Counted from the stretch's first letter, positions 50,870-61,800 are shown. The stretch: DNA of 64,000 nucleotides from Candidatus Eiseniibacteriota bacterium (GCA_942491735.1 CALOCN010000014.1:3147534-3211533); one strand, 5' to 3'. Notes: generated by a model from the letters alone, not told the origin. Numbers and translations are program-made.

Positions 50870-52860
50870 CGGTTGCGTCCCGGCTTGAGGACAACGAACG
50901 GGCCCTCCCGTTCCACGGAGGTCCCGGCGACGAGGTCCTCGACGCGGATGCGCAGCACGTAGTCACCCGGCTTCAGCGGCGGGACATCGATGGCCAGGAG
51001 CTGATCCAGCGTGGGCCCCGGGTCCGCGGCCTGGAACAACAACTCCGCTTCGGAGGCCCCGCCGCTTCCCAACACCACCTTGAGGAAACCGGTCCGGGTC
51101 TGCTGGCCGACCGTCACCCCGATCCGCACCTTGTGGTAGCCCTCGCGATCCGTGGCCAGGTGATAGGCCTCGAACGCGACCCCCAGCGGTTCTCCCACCC
51201 GGTAGCGGTGACCCGGGTTCGGGACCCCCGATCCGAACCCCCGCTGATACCGCCCTCCCACGTCCGGGTCAAACCCGAGCGTGCGCAGGAAGGCAATGTC
51301 GCTCAGGAGCGGTGTGGCCGGGTCGACGGTCTGAGCCGCCAGCGAGGCATAGCCGGATGCTCGCCCGCGGTTGAGCCGATCCACCGTCTCCAATCCAACG
51401 ATCACGCTGTCGGCCGTGCCGTCGATGGAGAACACCCCGACCAGGCGGTCCAGGGCATCCGTCTCGAACAGGGACCAGCTCCAGATGGAGGCATCCTCCA
51501 TGTCCCAGTCCGCGTCGTACCGGGACACCTTGCTAGAAAGACGATGCGGCTCCTCCAGGACATCCCGCCACGAGTCCGCGGGCAGGGCCACCGCAACCTC
51601 GATCCGCCCCTTGCCGGCGCCGTCCACGAACCGCCACAGCTCCACTTCCTGGTCCTTGGCGGGGGCGGTGAAGGGGACCGCGTAGTCGGTGGGATCCAGG
51701 GCCACGGTGAAGTCCGCGGCCAACGGGACGAAGGCGATCGGGTTGTAGAACCGTCCGTTGAGGTTGTAGTCCACGAAGAAGAAGGTCTTGGATCGATGCC
51801 GCTGACCATAGGTGACCCCGATCGTGGGCGATCCGTGTGGGGTCGCGGTCCGGCTCTCTTCCCCACGGAACACATCCACCCCCCAGCGAAAATCCCGGGG
51901 AAGCCCGTAACGTATGATCATGCGGCCCGGTGCGTGATCCCAACCCCGGAGTTCCATCTCGTCGATCCCGAACAGGAGCTGGGCCTGGACCAGACGCCGA
52001 TAGTGCTCCAGGAGACGCGGGTTTTCGGGATCCGCCGGGGTGGGATCCTTCCAACGCCAGTAGTCCTCGACGAACCCGGTGCTGTCCGCCGTCTCCACCC
52101 GTTCGTCCTCGGCCTTGGGATCGATCCAGTCCAGACGATGAAAGGCGTAGAGCTCGTTGCTGGTCATCAGGGTCAACCCGGCGCGGAACGACTCCTCGGC
52201 CAGGGTCCATGCCCCCGCTTCGGTGTAGAGCATGCCGCGCAGCAGGGAGGGCCAGGGGTCATCCGGTTCCGCCTCCAGCCAACGCAACGACAGTGAGTCC
52301 ACCGCGGCGCGGTCGTTGGTGTAGTAGGCGATCCGCAGGCCCCGGCGGATGGCCGCGGCGTTGTCCGGGTCCACCCGGAGGGTGCGGCGATTGGCCAGGA
52401 TGGAGTTGTCCAGGTGCTCGTTACGGAAGTAACGCTGGTACCGGCGCAGCTCGTGCTGGGCGAGATCCCCCCACAATCCGGGCTGGTCGGGATCCAGTTC
52501 CAGGGCGCGGTGGAACGAGGATCGGGCGTCCCGTCGGAAGCCGCGCCGCTCCTGGAGGTGCGCCATGCGGGCCCACAGGTCCGGGTCGTCCTCGTTGACC
52601 TCGATGGCTTCCTGCAGGGCGTCGAACGCTTCGCGACGGAGTTCCACGTCGGGACTGTCGCCGAGCAGCTCCGAGAGCTGCTTGCGGGACTCCACGTCCC
52701 GGCGGTCCTTGCGGATCCGAATCCGCAGTTCGCTCACCCACTGGGCGGAATCGGCGGGAGCAACGGCGGGGAGAGTGGATTCGGCGGCCAAGGCGGCGCC
52801 GGTCCCAGCGAGAACAACGCCGGTCACGGCCAGAACAGTGCCGGTCACGGCCAGTACCAT
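50866..52860 (-). CDS. TPR + GWxTD-domain protein
   Basis: RGWDHAPGRMIIRYGLPRD resembles the GWxTD signature. N-terminal TPR-like repeats and a hydrophobic N-terminus built from LAVTG repeats are present. The start is set at M49 of the tracked ORF to avoid a 97-bp overlap with the upstream gene (alternative GTG at 52869). Confidence 0.65.
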   Translation of the reverse strand: MVLAVTGTVLAVTGVVLAGTGAALAAESTLPAVAPADSAQWVSELRIRIRKDRRDVESRKQLSELLGDSPDVELRREAFDALQEAIEVNEDDPDLWARMAHLQERRGFRRDARSSFHRALELDPDQPGLWGDLAQHELRRYQRYFRNEHLDNSILANRRTLRVDPDNAAAIRRGLRIAYYTNDRAAVDSLSLRWLEAEPDDPWPSLLRGMLYTEAGAWTLAEESFRAGLTLMTSNELYAFHRLDWIDPKAEDERVETADSTGFVEDYWRWKDPTPADPENPRLLEHYRRLVQAQLLFGIDEMELRGWDHAPGRMIIRYGLPRDFRWGVDVFRGEESRTATPHGSPTIGVTYGQRHRSKTFFFVDYNLNGRFYNPIAFVPLAADFTVALDPTDYAVPFTAPAKDQEVELWRFVDGAGKGRIEVAVALPADSWRDVLEEPHRLSSKVSRYDADWDMEDASIWSWSLFETDALDRLVGVFSIDGTADSVIVGLETVDRLNRGRASGYASLAAQTVDPATPLLSDIAFLRTLGFDPDVGGRYQRGFGSGVPNPGHRYRVGEPLGVAFEAYHLATDREGYHKVRIGVTVGQQTRTGFLKVVLGSGGASEAELLFQAADPGPTLDQLLAIDVPPLKPGDYVLRIRVEDLVAGTSVEREGPFVVLKPGRNR

Positions 52861-52880
52861 GCCGGTCACGGCCAGAAGGA
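52797..52880. repeat. imperfect tandem 21-bp repeat (about 4 copies of gccggtcacggccagaacagt) in the 5' end of the GWxTD gene
   Basis: Seen directly in the sequence. It encodes the LAVTG(M/T/V)V repeats of the N-terminal hydrophobic segment. Confidence 0.6.
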
Positions 52881-52907
52881 CAGCCGCGATCCAATGCAGG
52901 CGGATGC

Positions 52908-55900
52908 TCAGGGCTGGAGGGAGTCCAAGCCGTAGCGGGTGATCTTGTTCTTGAGGCCCTTGCGGCTGAGACCCAGCTCCTGGGCGGCTCGCGTCTTGTT
53001 CCACTGGTGTTTGCCCAATGCGTCCAGCACCAAACGACGCTCCATGTCCTCGACGGTGGTCCGGAGATCCCCATCGGCCGAGCCACCGGCTCCACCGGAT
53101 TCCTCGGTGGCGTCCAGCACCTCGCTGGGCAGGAGTTCCACTCCGATCATCTCGCCGTCGTCGGCCAGGATCGCCGCACGGCGCACGACCTTTTCGAGTT
53201 CGCGGACGTTACCGGGCCAATTGTAGCGCACGAGACGCTGCAGGGCGGACCGGTTGAAACCGCTCGCCTCGCGACCCGTCTGGGCGGTGACGTTGGCCAG
53301 GAAGTACTCGGCGAGCAGCGGAATGTCCTCGACCCGCTCCCGCAGGGAGGGCACCCGGATAATGATGTCGTTGAGCCGGTAGTAGAGGTCCTTGATGAAC
53401 GGTCCGTCACCGTCCACTCCAAGCAGGTTGGCCTTGGAGGTGGCGCAGATCACCCGCACGTTGAGCTTGCGGTACGAGGTGGATCCCACCGGCCGCACTT
53501 CCCCCTTGTCGAGCAGGTGGAGGAGCCGGCGTTGCACGCCCAGTCCCGCCTTGCCGATCTCGTCCAGGAAGATGGTGCCGCCGTCGGCTTCCTCGAAGAG
53601 CCCCTTCTTGTCCGCCGAGGCGCCGGTGAAGGCGCCCTTGACGAACCCGAACAGCTCGCTCTCGAGCAGGTTCTCGGGAAGCGCCGCGCAGTCGACGGTC
53701 ACGAAGGAACCCTCGGCGCGGTCACTGGAAAGATGGATGGCCCGCGCGATCAGGGTCTTGCCCGTTCCCGTCTCCCCCTGGAGGAGGACGGTGAGGTCGG
53801 TGCGGTTGACCTTCTCGACCAGCTTGAGGATCTCCAGCATCTCGGCATTCTGGGTCACCACGTCGGCGAGGAACGTGCGGCGCTTGAGGTTGTCTTCCTC
53901 GGTCAGGATGCTGGACTCCAGGCTGGCCCGGCCGGTCAGGGCCTCCAGCTGCGGGACCAGCGCGAGGGCCAGGTTGAGATGACTGGGGCCGAACGAGCCG
54001 TGCCCGTTCTCGGCCATACGGTCGAAGTAGAGATAGGCGGTCTGGCCGCTGCCGGAAACCGGGATCACCAGCAGGGAGCTGGCGTCGCGGGCCGAGGCCA
54101 CGTCCTGCCAGGGCTCGCGCACTGCGGTCCCGGCGTCGATCACGATCTCGGGCCGCTCCGGGCGTGTCTGCCGCAGGATGGCGGTGAGAATCTGTGACGG
54201 CGCGGTTCCGATCCGATGCGTGGCCGGTCCCAGGTCCGGGTTCGCGAACACGATCGCCGCCCCGTCCGCTTCCACCGCAGCGGAGAGGATCTGCAGGACC
54301 TCGTTCAGCTTGTCCGCATAGGGTCGCCGCGACTCGACGATCTCTTCCAGACGGCCCGCGGTGCGGTACGCGCCCAGGTTGGTCACCGACGAGTCGACCA
54401 GACGCCCCTCGAGGTCCTTCTGGGTCTCGGCAAGGAGGCCGCGGATGGTGGGATCCTGGACATCGGCGGCCAGCGCGCGCGCCTTCTCCAGATAATCCCC
54501 GGCCAGGTCCAGCTGGTCACGACGGATGGCCGCGTTGGCCAGGGAGACCAGGATTTCGACTTCGAATTCGGAAAGGTTGAGCGAGCGCACGATGGTACGC
54601 GCCTCGGCGAGCACCTTCTCGGCCCGGCCCAGGTCGTCGCCACGCTCCAGGCGGGCACGTCCCTCGAAAAAGAGCGCCTGGGCGAGGGGGAAACCCTTGC
54701 CCCAACGGCGAAGCAGGTCATGGGCGGTGGCGAAGGTGGTGTAGGCGGCGCGATCCCGGTTGGCCTGCTGCACCCGGGCCAGGGCCACGTGGGCCAGGGC
54801 GTGTTCCAGGTTGTCGTCCACGCGCCGGCTGAGATCCACCGCACGCCGCACCAGGTTCTCGGCACTGTCCAGGTCCTTTTCCTGCAGCGACAGCTCACCC
54901 CGCAGCCGCAGCAGCTGGCAGATGAGGTCGCTTTCCTGCGAGATCTCGATCGCCTTGCGCCAGGCCACTTCCAGGCACCGGCGCGCGCGGGTCAGGTCGC
55001 CGCGGCTCTGGTGCAGTTGTCCCAACGCCATATAGGTGAGGGACGTCTCACGCGGATACTGCTCTTCCGAGGTGAACTCCAGGGCCTGCTCGAGCGTCTC
55101 GAGACAGTCTTCCCAGCGGCGCAGCACGAGATCCACTCCGGCCCGACCCAACAGGGCGCGAATGATGCCGACCGGGTCGTTGACCTCGCGGCACAGGGTC
55201 TCGGAGTCGGTGAAACGCTCGCGGGCGCGCTCCCACTGGCTCATGCGGAAGTGGACGATCCCCAGGTTCTGCAATCCGCCACGCTGCTCGGCGTAGCTCC
55301 CCTCGATCGCCTTGAGGCTGGAAGCCACCTGGAGGTACTCCAACGCACGCTGCCAATCGCAGCGCTGCTGGTAGGTGACCCCGAGGTTGTTGTAGGCCTT
55401 GGCCAGGTTGCGGATGTCCCCGGCGTTCTTGAACGCGGCCAGGGCCGCTTCGAAATACTTGATGCTCTGGGAGACATCCCCGTTGCGGTTGTGTCCGGTA
55501 CCCAGGAGCAGGAGCGCGAACCCGCGCGTGGAGGCATCCGTCTCCTCGTCGAGCAGGGCGAGGGCCTGCTCACCGCAACGGATGGAGGTGTCGAGGGATC
55601 CCTGCTGGAGATGCACCTTGCCCAGCTTGACCTGGATTCGACCCAGCTCGGCCGTGTCCCCTGCTTCGGTGGCCGCCTCGGCCGCATCCTGCAGGGTCAG
55701 GAGTGCATCCTTCCAACGTCCAGTGATCTCCTGACAGGTCCCGACGCCCCGCAAGGCGCGCGCCCGTTGGGCCGGGGTGGGCGACTGGTCGAGGACCTGG
55801 CGATACGTCCGGCTTGCGGATTCGTAGTTCGCCGCGGCCTCTTCCAGCTCGGCCACGCTCAACAGGTCGTGGGACTGGCCCGCGGTTCCTGGAACGCCCG

Positions 55901-55955
55901 TCGCGGATGCGGTTTTTCTTTTTGGCTCAGCCATGACTCCAACCCTCCGGGGCAC
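52908..55955 (-). CDS. sigma-54-dependent transcriptional activator with N-terminal TPR array and GAF domain (TPR-GAF-AAA+-HTH)
   Basis: 1015 aa. It has multiple TPR repeats, a central GAF-like region, Walker A GETGTGKT, GAFTGA (GFVKGAFTGAS) and a C-terminal Fis-type HTH. Confidence 0.85.
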   Translation of the reverse strand: MPRRVGVMAEPKRKTASATGVPGTAGQSHDLLSVAELEEAAANYESASRTYRQVLDQSPTPAQRARALRGVGTCQEITGRWKDALLTLQDAAEAATEAGDTAELGRIQVKLGKVHLQQGSLDTSIRCGEQALALLDEETDASTRGFALLLLGTGHNRNGDVSQSIKYFEAALAAFKNAGDIRNLAKAYNNLGVTYQQRCDWQRALEYLQVASSLKAIEGSYAEQRGGLQNLGIVHFRMSQWERARERFTDSETLCREVNDPVGIIRALLGRAGVDLVLRRWEDCLETLEQALEFTSEEQYPRETSLTYMALGQLHQSRGDLTRARRCLEVAWRKAIEISQESDLICQLLRLRGELSLQEKDLDSAENLVRRAVDLSRRVDDNLEHALAHVALARVQQANRDRAAYTTFATAHDLLRRWGKGFPLAQALFFEGRARLERGDDLGRAEKVLAEARTIVRSLNLSEFEVEILVSLANAAIRRDQLDLAGDYLEKARALAADVQDPTIRGLLAETQKDLEGRLVDSSVTNLGAYRTAGRLEEIVESRRPYADKLNEVLQILSAAVEADGAAIVFANPDLGPATHRIGTAPSQILTAILRQTRPERPEIVIDAGTAVREPWQDVASARDASSLLVIPVSGSGQTAYLYFDRMAENGHGSFGPSHLNLALALVPQLEALTGRASLESSILTEEDNLKRRTFLADVVTQNAEMLEILKLVEKVNRTDLTVLLQGETGTGKTLIARAIHLSSDRAEGSFVTVDCAALPENLLESELFGFVKGAFTGASADKKGLFEEADGGTIFLDEIGKAGLGVQRRLLHLLDKGEVRPVGSTSYRKLNVRVICATSKANLLGVDGDGPFIKDLYYRLNDIIIRVPSLRERVEDIPLLAEYFLANVTAQTGREASGFNRSALQRLVRYNWPGNVRELEKVVRRAAILADDGEMIGVELLPSEVLDATEESGGAGGSADGDLRTTVEDMERRLVLDALGKHQWNKTRAAQELGLSRKGLKNKITRYGLDSLQP

Positions 55956-55988
55956 CCCGTCCGGGGCGAGTGCCGCAGATCACGAGAG

Positions 55989-56354
55989 CTACCCTGGGAA
56001 CGTCGCGAACCGCGTCATTGTCGCGATCCAAAGCAGGACGAAGCGTCTCCAGGCATCCCGGGGGCTCCGCTCCGGGCGATCCTGGCGCTCGAACTCGAGA
56101 TCGCCTTCGGCGTCGATGTCGAACGAGTTGGGATCGGCTTCGGAGGTTCCGCCCCCATCCCCGCTATCCCCTGGAGGGGCACCGGGGCCGGGAGGGCCAC
56201 CTCGATCCGACTGACTTCCATCCTTGTCCAGCACGCCACCGCCGAAGGTATCGTCGGTGGTCTGGGCTGAGACCTGTGCGGGCAGCGACAGCACCAGCGC
56301 GAGCACCACGCCCAGAAGAGCTGTCCATCCCATCCATCCGAGTTTCCGTTTCAT
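55989..56354 (-). CDS. small secreted acidic Gly/Pro-rich protein, unknown function
   Basis: The start is placed at MKRKLGWMGWTALLGVVLALVLSLPAQVSA (signal peptide). The region after it is low-complexity. The gene ends 33 bp upstream of the activator ATG. Confidence 0.45.
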   Translation of the reverse strand: MKRKLGWMGWTALLGVVLALVLSLPAQVSAQTTDDTFGGGVLDKDGSQSDRGGPPGPGAPPGDSGDGGGTSEADPNSFDIDAEGDLEFERQDRPERSPRDAWRRFVLLWIATMTRFATFPG

Positions 56355-56405
56355 TTCACCTGTCCTCGCTTCCCAAAAGACTGGAAAACCATGCATAGGT
56401 ATAAG

Positions 56406-56420
56406 GCACATACCATGCCA
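56406..56420 (-). promoter_or_regulatory. candidate sigma-54 promoter TGGCATGGTATGTGC upstream of the small secreted gene and activator operon
   Basis: On the minus strand the GG (-24) and GC (-12) elements sit at consensus spacing, with one mismatch in each half. It lies ~50 bp upstream of the 56354 ATG. Confidence 0.35.
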
Positions 56421-56600
56421 GGGTCGCCGCCTTCCTGGAAACAGGGCGAACTCCGTAACAAACCATGTCGCTTGAGGTTAGAAACGGGCTCCTGTCCGTG
56501 CCCGAGGGGGGTTGAGAACAGTATACTCGCCAAACTGGAACCTGGCTACCCAGCCCCAAAGGCTCACGCCTTAACTCATTACAATTGAACAATTTAGAAG

Positions 56601-56617
56601 TGGGTACCAAATACCCA
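56601..56617. promoter_or_regulatory. 17-bp palindrome TGGGTACCAAATACCCA (candidate activator UAS/operator)
   Basis: 6-bp perfect arms (TGGGTA/TACCCA) sit ~190 bp upstream of the candidate sigma-54 promoter, in the divergent region shared with the GGDEF gene. Confidence 0.3.
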
Positions 56618-56774
56618 CCCCGATCCGGTCCCGGTTATAGGCGGATACCCCGTGACCACCCTGCCGCCGGTTGACGTAACCTGTTGACTGTGAGACAATT
56701 GGGCCGTTCATCTCCCACCCTGAACCGGTCCCGCCGGGATTCCGGCCCTCAATCGGAGGCGCCCACGGCGGCAA

Positions 56775-58166
56775 ATGAAGCGGCGTAGCATCCCCTTCAG
56801 GGATCTCCTGAAACAAGTCCTACCGGTCGATCGCCTCCCCACGGATGTGAGGGAGCGGGTTGCGCGTGCCCTGGATCAGGGGGACCCGCGGACCCTGGAA
56901 GCCCTCGCCCTCGAGGCCATGGGGCTCCTCGAGGCCGAGGGACACCTGCGTTTCATCGAGGAGGTGCTCCAGGGGGACGACAAGTTCCGCCGCTACCGCG
57001 ACCTGACCACCGGGAACATCCTGGCCGTCCGGGTCCCGGTGACCGAGGAGGATGAGGGGGTTCTCAAGATCGCCCTCCCCATCCAGAAGTGGCGGGGACG
57101 CACCTCCCTCGATCAGATTCGCACGCTGTTCGGGCTCTACAACAGGATCCTCACCCGCAACTCGGAGCTGCTCAGCTCTCCCCGCCAGATCCTGCGCGAG
57201 ATCCGCACTACCGGTCGCCAGGTGCTGGGCTGCGACGAGGTCACCTTCTGGGCTGCCCCCCGCAAGAAGACCCCCGCCGATCTGGTCGAGGCCAGCGCGG
57301 ACCCCTATGACGAGGAGCTGGTCACGGAGTGGGTCCTGGGCAAACGCCACATGCTCTGCTACACCGACCTCCCGGCGCAGATTCATCCGGAGACCGGGCA
57401 CCTCGACACCCGTTACCAGTCCCTGGCCATCATCCCCCTGGGCGACGCCGAGCAGGCGGTGTACGGCGCCCTCCTGGCCTGGAGCTCCCAACCCCACTTC
57501 TTCGATGAGAATCGGATGGGTTTGCTGAGCCTTCTCTCCGAGGTCGCGGGGGATCTCTGTCGGCGCTCCGAGATCCTCGGCAAGATGGTGTTCGTCGACG
57601 GACCCACCGGTGTGTACAACCGGGCCTTCTACGAACTGCAGCTGGACAACGAGATCGCGCGAGCGCAGCGGGACAAGCAGACCTTCGCCCTGGGCATCGC
57701 CGACATCGACGACTTCAAGCAGTTCAACGAACGCTATGGCTACGAAGCCGGTAACCAGGTCCTGGTCACCGCGGCCCAGGTCTTTCGCGGCGGCCTGCGG
57801 CCGTTCGATACCGTGGCGCGGTGGGGAGGAGAGGAATTCACCCTCATCCTCACCGCACCGGTCACTCCCGAACACGCCATGGTGGTCTGCGACCGCCTGC
57901 GCAATGCGGCCGAGCTGTCGCGGTTCACCCTGACCGGGCTGGATGGGGAGTCCCTCTCCGCCCAGCTCACCGTGTCGATCGGGGGAGCCCTCTACCCCCA
58001 GGACGGCGGCACGGCAAAGGAACTCTGGAACGCGGCCAACACCGCCCTGAAGCACGCGAAGCAGACCGGCAAGAACAAGGTGGTCTTCGCTTCCGATCTC
58101 CCGCCCGACAGCGCCTCGACCGGAACCCGGAACGCGGCAACGAAGAGCCGCAAGAAGAAAGCCTGA
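56775..58166 (+). CDS. GAF-domain diguanylate cyclase (GGDEF)
   Basis: 463 aa with a GAF-like middle domain, a C-terminal GGDEF domain and the active-site motif RWGGEEF. Confidence 0.85.
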   Translation: MKRRSIPFRDLLKQVLPVDRLPTDVRERVARALDQGDPRTLEALALEAMGLLEAEGHLRFIEEVLQGDDKFRRYRDLTTGNILAVRVPVTEEDEGVLKIALPIQKWRGRTSLDQIRTLFGLYNRILTRNSELLSSPRQILREIRTTGRQVLGCDEVTFWAAPRKKTPADLVEASADPYDEELVTEWVLGKRHMLCYTDLPAQIHPETGHLDTRYQSLAIIPLGDAEQAVYGALLAWSSQPHFFDENRMGLLSLLSEVAGDLCRRSEILGKMVFVDGPTGVYNRAFYELQLDNEIARAQRDKQTFALGIADIDDFKQFNERYGYEAGNQVLVTAAQVFRGGLRPFDTVARWGGEEFTLILTAPVTPEHAMVVCDRLRNAAELSRFTLTGLDGESLSAQLTVSIGGALYPQDGGTAKELWNAANTALKHAKQTGKNKVVFASDLPPDSASTGTRNAATKSRKKKA

Positions 58167-58253
58167 CCCACGCGACCCGTTCCAATACATCCCAGCTATT
58201 ATCGGAAACAATCCATAAATACTTATCCACACCGGACCCGCCCCCGGGGCAAC

Positions 58254-58296
58254 AAAAAACGGCCCGGCGCCACGGGGGCGCAGGGCCGCTTTGTCC
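58254..58296. terminator. bidirectional intrinsic terminator between GGDEF (+) and HU (-) genes
   Basis: The hairpin CGGCCCGGCGCC-ACGGG-GGCGCAGGGCCG is flanked by A6 on one side and CTTTGT on the other, giving hairpin + U6GUU on the minus strand. Confidence 0.55.
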
Positions 58297-58311
58297 AACC
58301 GGTCGCGAGTC

Positions 58312-58578
58312 CTAGAGGCTGCCCTTGTAGGCCTTGCCGGGACGGAACCGCACGGTCTTGCTGGCCTTGATCTTGATGGCCTCACCCGTCTTCGGGTTGC
58401 GACCCATGCGGGCCTTGCGGGCGCTGACGTTGAAGGAACCGAAGCCGGCGATGGTCACGCCGCCCTTCTTGGTTCCGCGCTTGATGGCGTCGAGCGTGGC
58501 GTCGACGGCCAACGAGGCATCCTTCTTGGTCAGCTGCGTCTTCTTCGCGACGGATTCAATCAGTTCAGCTTTGTTCAT
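58312..58578 (-). CDS. hup: HU-family DNA-binding protein
   Basis: 88 aa beginning MNKAELIESVAKKT, with ...GFGSFNVSARKARMGRNPKTGE... as the HU/IHF signature. Confidence 0.9.
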   Translation of the reverse strand: MNKAELIESVAKKTQLTKKDASLAVDATLDAIKRGTKKGGVTIAGFGSFNVSARKARMGRNPKTGEAIKIKASKTVRFRPGKAYKGSL

Positions 58579-58810
58579 GGCATGTCCCTCCTGTGCCTAG
58601 AACGGGTTTCTCGTAGTCGGCCGACTTTGCCGACCAACAGGATGGATATCACCCCGTTATCGGTCCGTCAACGAAAAACAATCCGGAAAGCCGCAAGAAA
58701 TCAGGGCAAAACGGGGGTCCGTCAGCGGGATCCTCCGCGCCCACAGGGAACCGGGATCACCGACCGCCCGATCCACCGGCCGGTGGGGCCGGGAGTCATC
58801 GTCGACGGGG

Positions 58811-61800
58811 TCAACGCGCCACCGCCACCCGCTCCAGATGGCGGATCTGCTCGCCGCCCGGGCCGGAAAGCTCCAGGACAAACAGGTAGACCCCGTTGGC
58901 CACCTCTTCCCCGGTGTCGTCCCGGAAGTCCCAGGTGAACTGGTTTCGTCCCGCCCGCACCGGGCCCGGGGTGGACAGGACCCGCCGCCCCTTGACCGTG
59001 TAGACCGAGACCTGGGCCGTCTCGGCCGCGCGCGACAGTTCGTAGATCAACCCGCCCGGGAGCACCTCATACGGATTCGGGTAGAAGTACACGTTGAGCA
59101 GGCTGAGATCGTCCCCCCGGGCCGCCACGTCCACGGACCGGGTGACCGATTCCCCGCCTCCGCTGGCCCGGATGCCCACCCGGTGGTCCCCCGTCCAGTC
59201 CAGGCCCACCAGTCGGGCCGTCCAGAAACGCCCCGATTCGTCGTCCGCGTCCAGCGTGGCGGTCACCGGCACCTCGTCCAGGAGGACCTCGAAGTCGGTG
59301 GCCTGCATGGGAACCGGAGTCTCGATGGCAATGGAGACCTCCGACTCCGGGTCGATGAGGTTCAACCCGCCCGGGTCGAGCAGGGAGCCGTCGGCGGAAA
59401 AGACGGTGTTGTACTGGACCGGGAAGCGGAAGCTGGACATCCGACCGGACCAGTCGGTGGCCTCCAGGGCCACGTCGTAGGTCCCGAGCCGCAACGCGGT
59501 CCTGAAGCTCACCCCATAGAACTGGGCTCCCTGATCCGTGGGATCCGGCTGGACCAGCGCGATTCGCTCGGCGGGCACCACCAGGTCCCCTTCCATCACC
59601 CGGATCGTGCTCACGTCCACGTCGTCGCTCAGGATGGCGTCGATGGCCAGCGAGTCGTCGAACGAATCGGCAAAGAGCCGGGTTTCGTTCCCCACCGGGC
59701 TCCCATCGAGGCTGACCTGGAACTGCACGTCCCAGATGTCGATCCGGGTGGCCGGATCCCCCAGCAACATGTAGGTACGGAGCATCTCGTTCCAGTCGTT
59801 GAACTGGAACCCGCCGTTCTCGGCCGCGTTGGCCACCAGCCCCCGGGTCAGGGCCTCACCGAGGACGCGCCGCGGGCGGCCGGTTTCCGGATCCCGGGGC
59901 AGGTCCCAGAAGAAGGGCCGGGTGGTGTAGATCTGGGCGTCCGGATTGGTATGCAGCCATTCGTACCCCGTGGAAGCGATCGAGGCCACCGCTCCGCGGT
60001 TGGGAGAGAGCACCAGGACCTCACCGAAGCTTTCCCCCCGGGTCCCCTCCCAGGCGTGTTCGAACTCGTTGAGATGGCAGGCGTACCCTTCGAAGATGAA
60101 CGGTCGGCCCAGGTTGTTCAGACGGTCCAGGTCCCGGTTGGAGAGGGCGAGGTCCGGCCGGTGCAGCAGGAGCGACTCCGTGGTCACCAGGTTCTTGTTG
60201 GCGTGCCCGGTGAACTGCACGAAGAGATAGCCCTCATCCATCTTCTCCAGGAGCCGGGGAGTCACCCGGGCGCGCGAGTAGTTGGTGGTCGCCCGCAGCG
60301 CGGTCTGGTTCGGGAAGGTGGGGTCCTTGGGGCAGTTCTGGGGATTGCCCGGCTCCCGGTCAAGGGTGGAGACCGTGTCCAGATACGCGTCGAGGAAGAA
60401 CGGTTCGGCGAGGAACCCGGCCAAACGACCCTTCTCCACGATGGAGTCGGCCATGGCTTCCGTGGTCAGCCGGAAGCTGCGTTCCTGCGACTTGTAGCAG
60501 TAGCCGGTGTTGAAGGTGATGCTGGTCGAATACTGGTCGTCCGAGACGAGCAACGCGCGCCGACGCCAATCCTCATCGGGATCCGCGGACTCGTACGCGA
60601 TGATCTTCTGCACCACCGCATCCACCTCGGTCACGCTCCCCACCGGCAAGCGACCCACATGCATGTCCGGCACAAAGTCCAGGAACGGCGAGTCCGGAGC
60701 CAGGAACCCGACGAACCAGTTGTCGGTCCCCGCCATCTCCCGCCCCCCCGGGCCGGGCACGTTGTTGAAGTGCATCATGGTCGGCACCCAGTCCACGTCG
60801 GCCTGCTCGTTGGAGTGCCGGTAGTCCTCGCTCGCGTCCCCCCCCAGCAGGAGATAGCTCGGGGCGGGATCCCAGCACTTGAACGCCTGGGTCAGGAAGC
60901 GCTGGATGGCCCACGGCGTCTTGTCCCCTCCGGCGAACTGGTCATAGACCTCGTGCGTGTTGACCACGAACACCCGGTGTCCCTGGGATTCGCGGTGGGC
61001 CACCAGGGGGGCCCAGGCGTCCTGATGATCCCGGTGGGTGACCAGGATGTAGTCGCTGCCGGCGCCTTCATGCAGCAGATCCCGGGACAGTCCGCGCTCC
61101 ACCACTGCCGGTCCCAGGTCCGGGGGCAGGTTTGGACCTTCCGGACGGAGATCGCCCTCGGTCAGCACGCGGGCCACCAGCACGGAGGGGAACCGCCCGG
61201 TCACGTTCACCCGCACCGTGGCGGAGAAGGTCCCGCCGACCGCGTCCACCTTGGGAGTGAGCAACACGACATCGAGGGGGTCCGAGACGTCGAGGACCAC
61301 CACCTCGTCGCTGGAGAACCCGCTCACCGTGTACTCGAGCAACCCCTTGTGCTCCCCCGTATTGAACTCGAGGTGATCGTTCTGGGCCACCAGCAACCGG
61401 TCGTAGGTAACCTCGAACCAGTCGAAGTAGGCGCCGCTGGTGGAGGTCAGCTGGTCCGTGCGCCCCTGCAGCCGGACCAGGTTCCCGGAGCTCCGCATGC
61501 AGTCGGCAATGTCCAGGGGGGGGCTGCTGAAGAGGTAGGGGTTGCGCCCGAAGAACAGGTGGTCCGTGACCAACTGGCAGTCGTTGAGCTTCAGCGACAC
61601 GAAGTGGTTGGTGGTCGCGGCGGTGGTGAAGATGCCCTCCCAACGGGCCCGGATCGACATCTGTCCCGCGGGATCCGGGGTGGGCGCGGGGAAGGACAAC
61701 GATTCGTCCACCTCGGACGGCTGGAGCCAGAAGATGAACGACTCCAGGGGATAGAACGCCGCCCCGGAGTCGCGGGGGTTGTTGATGTAGTGGTTGTCCA

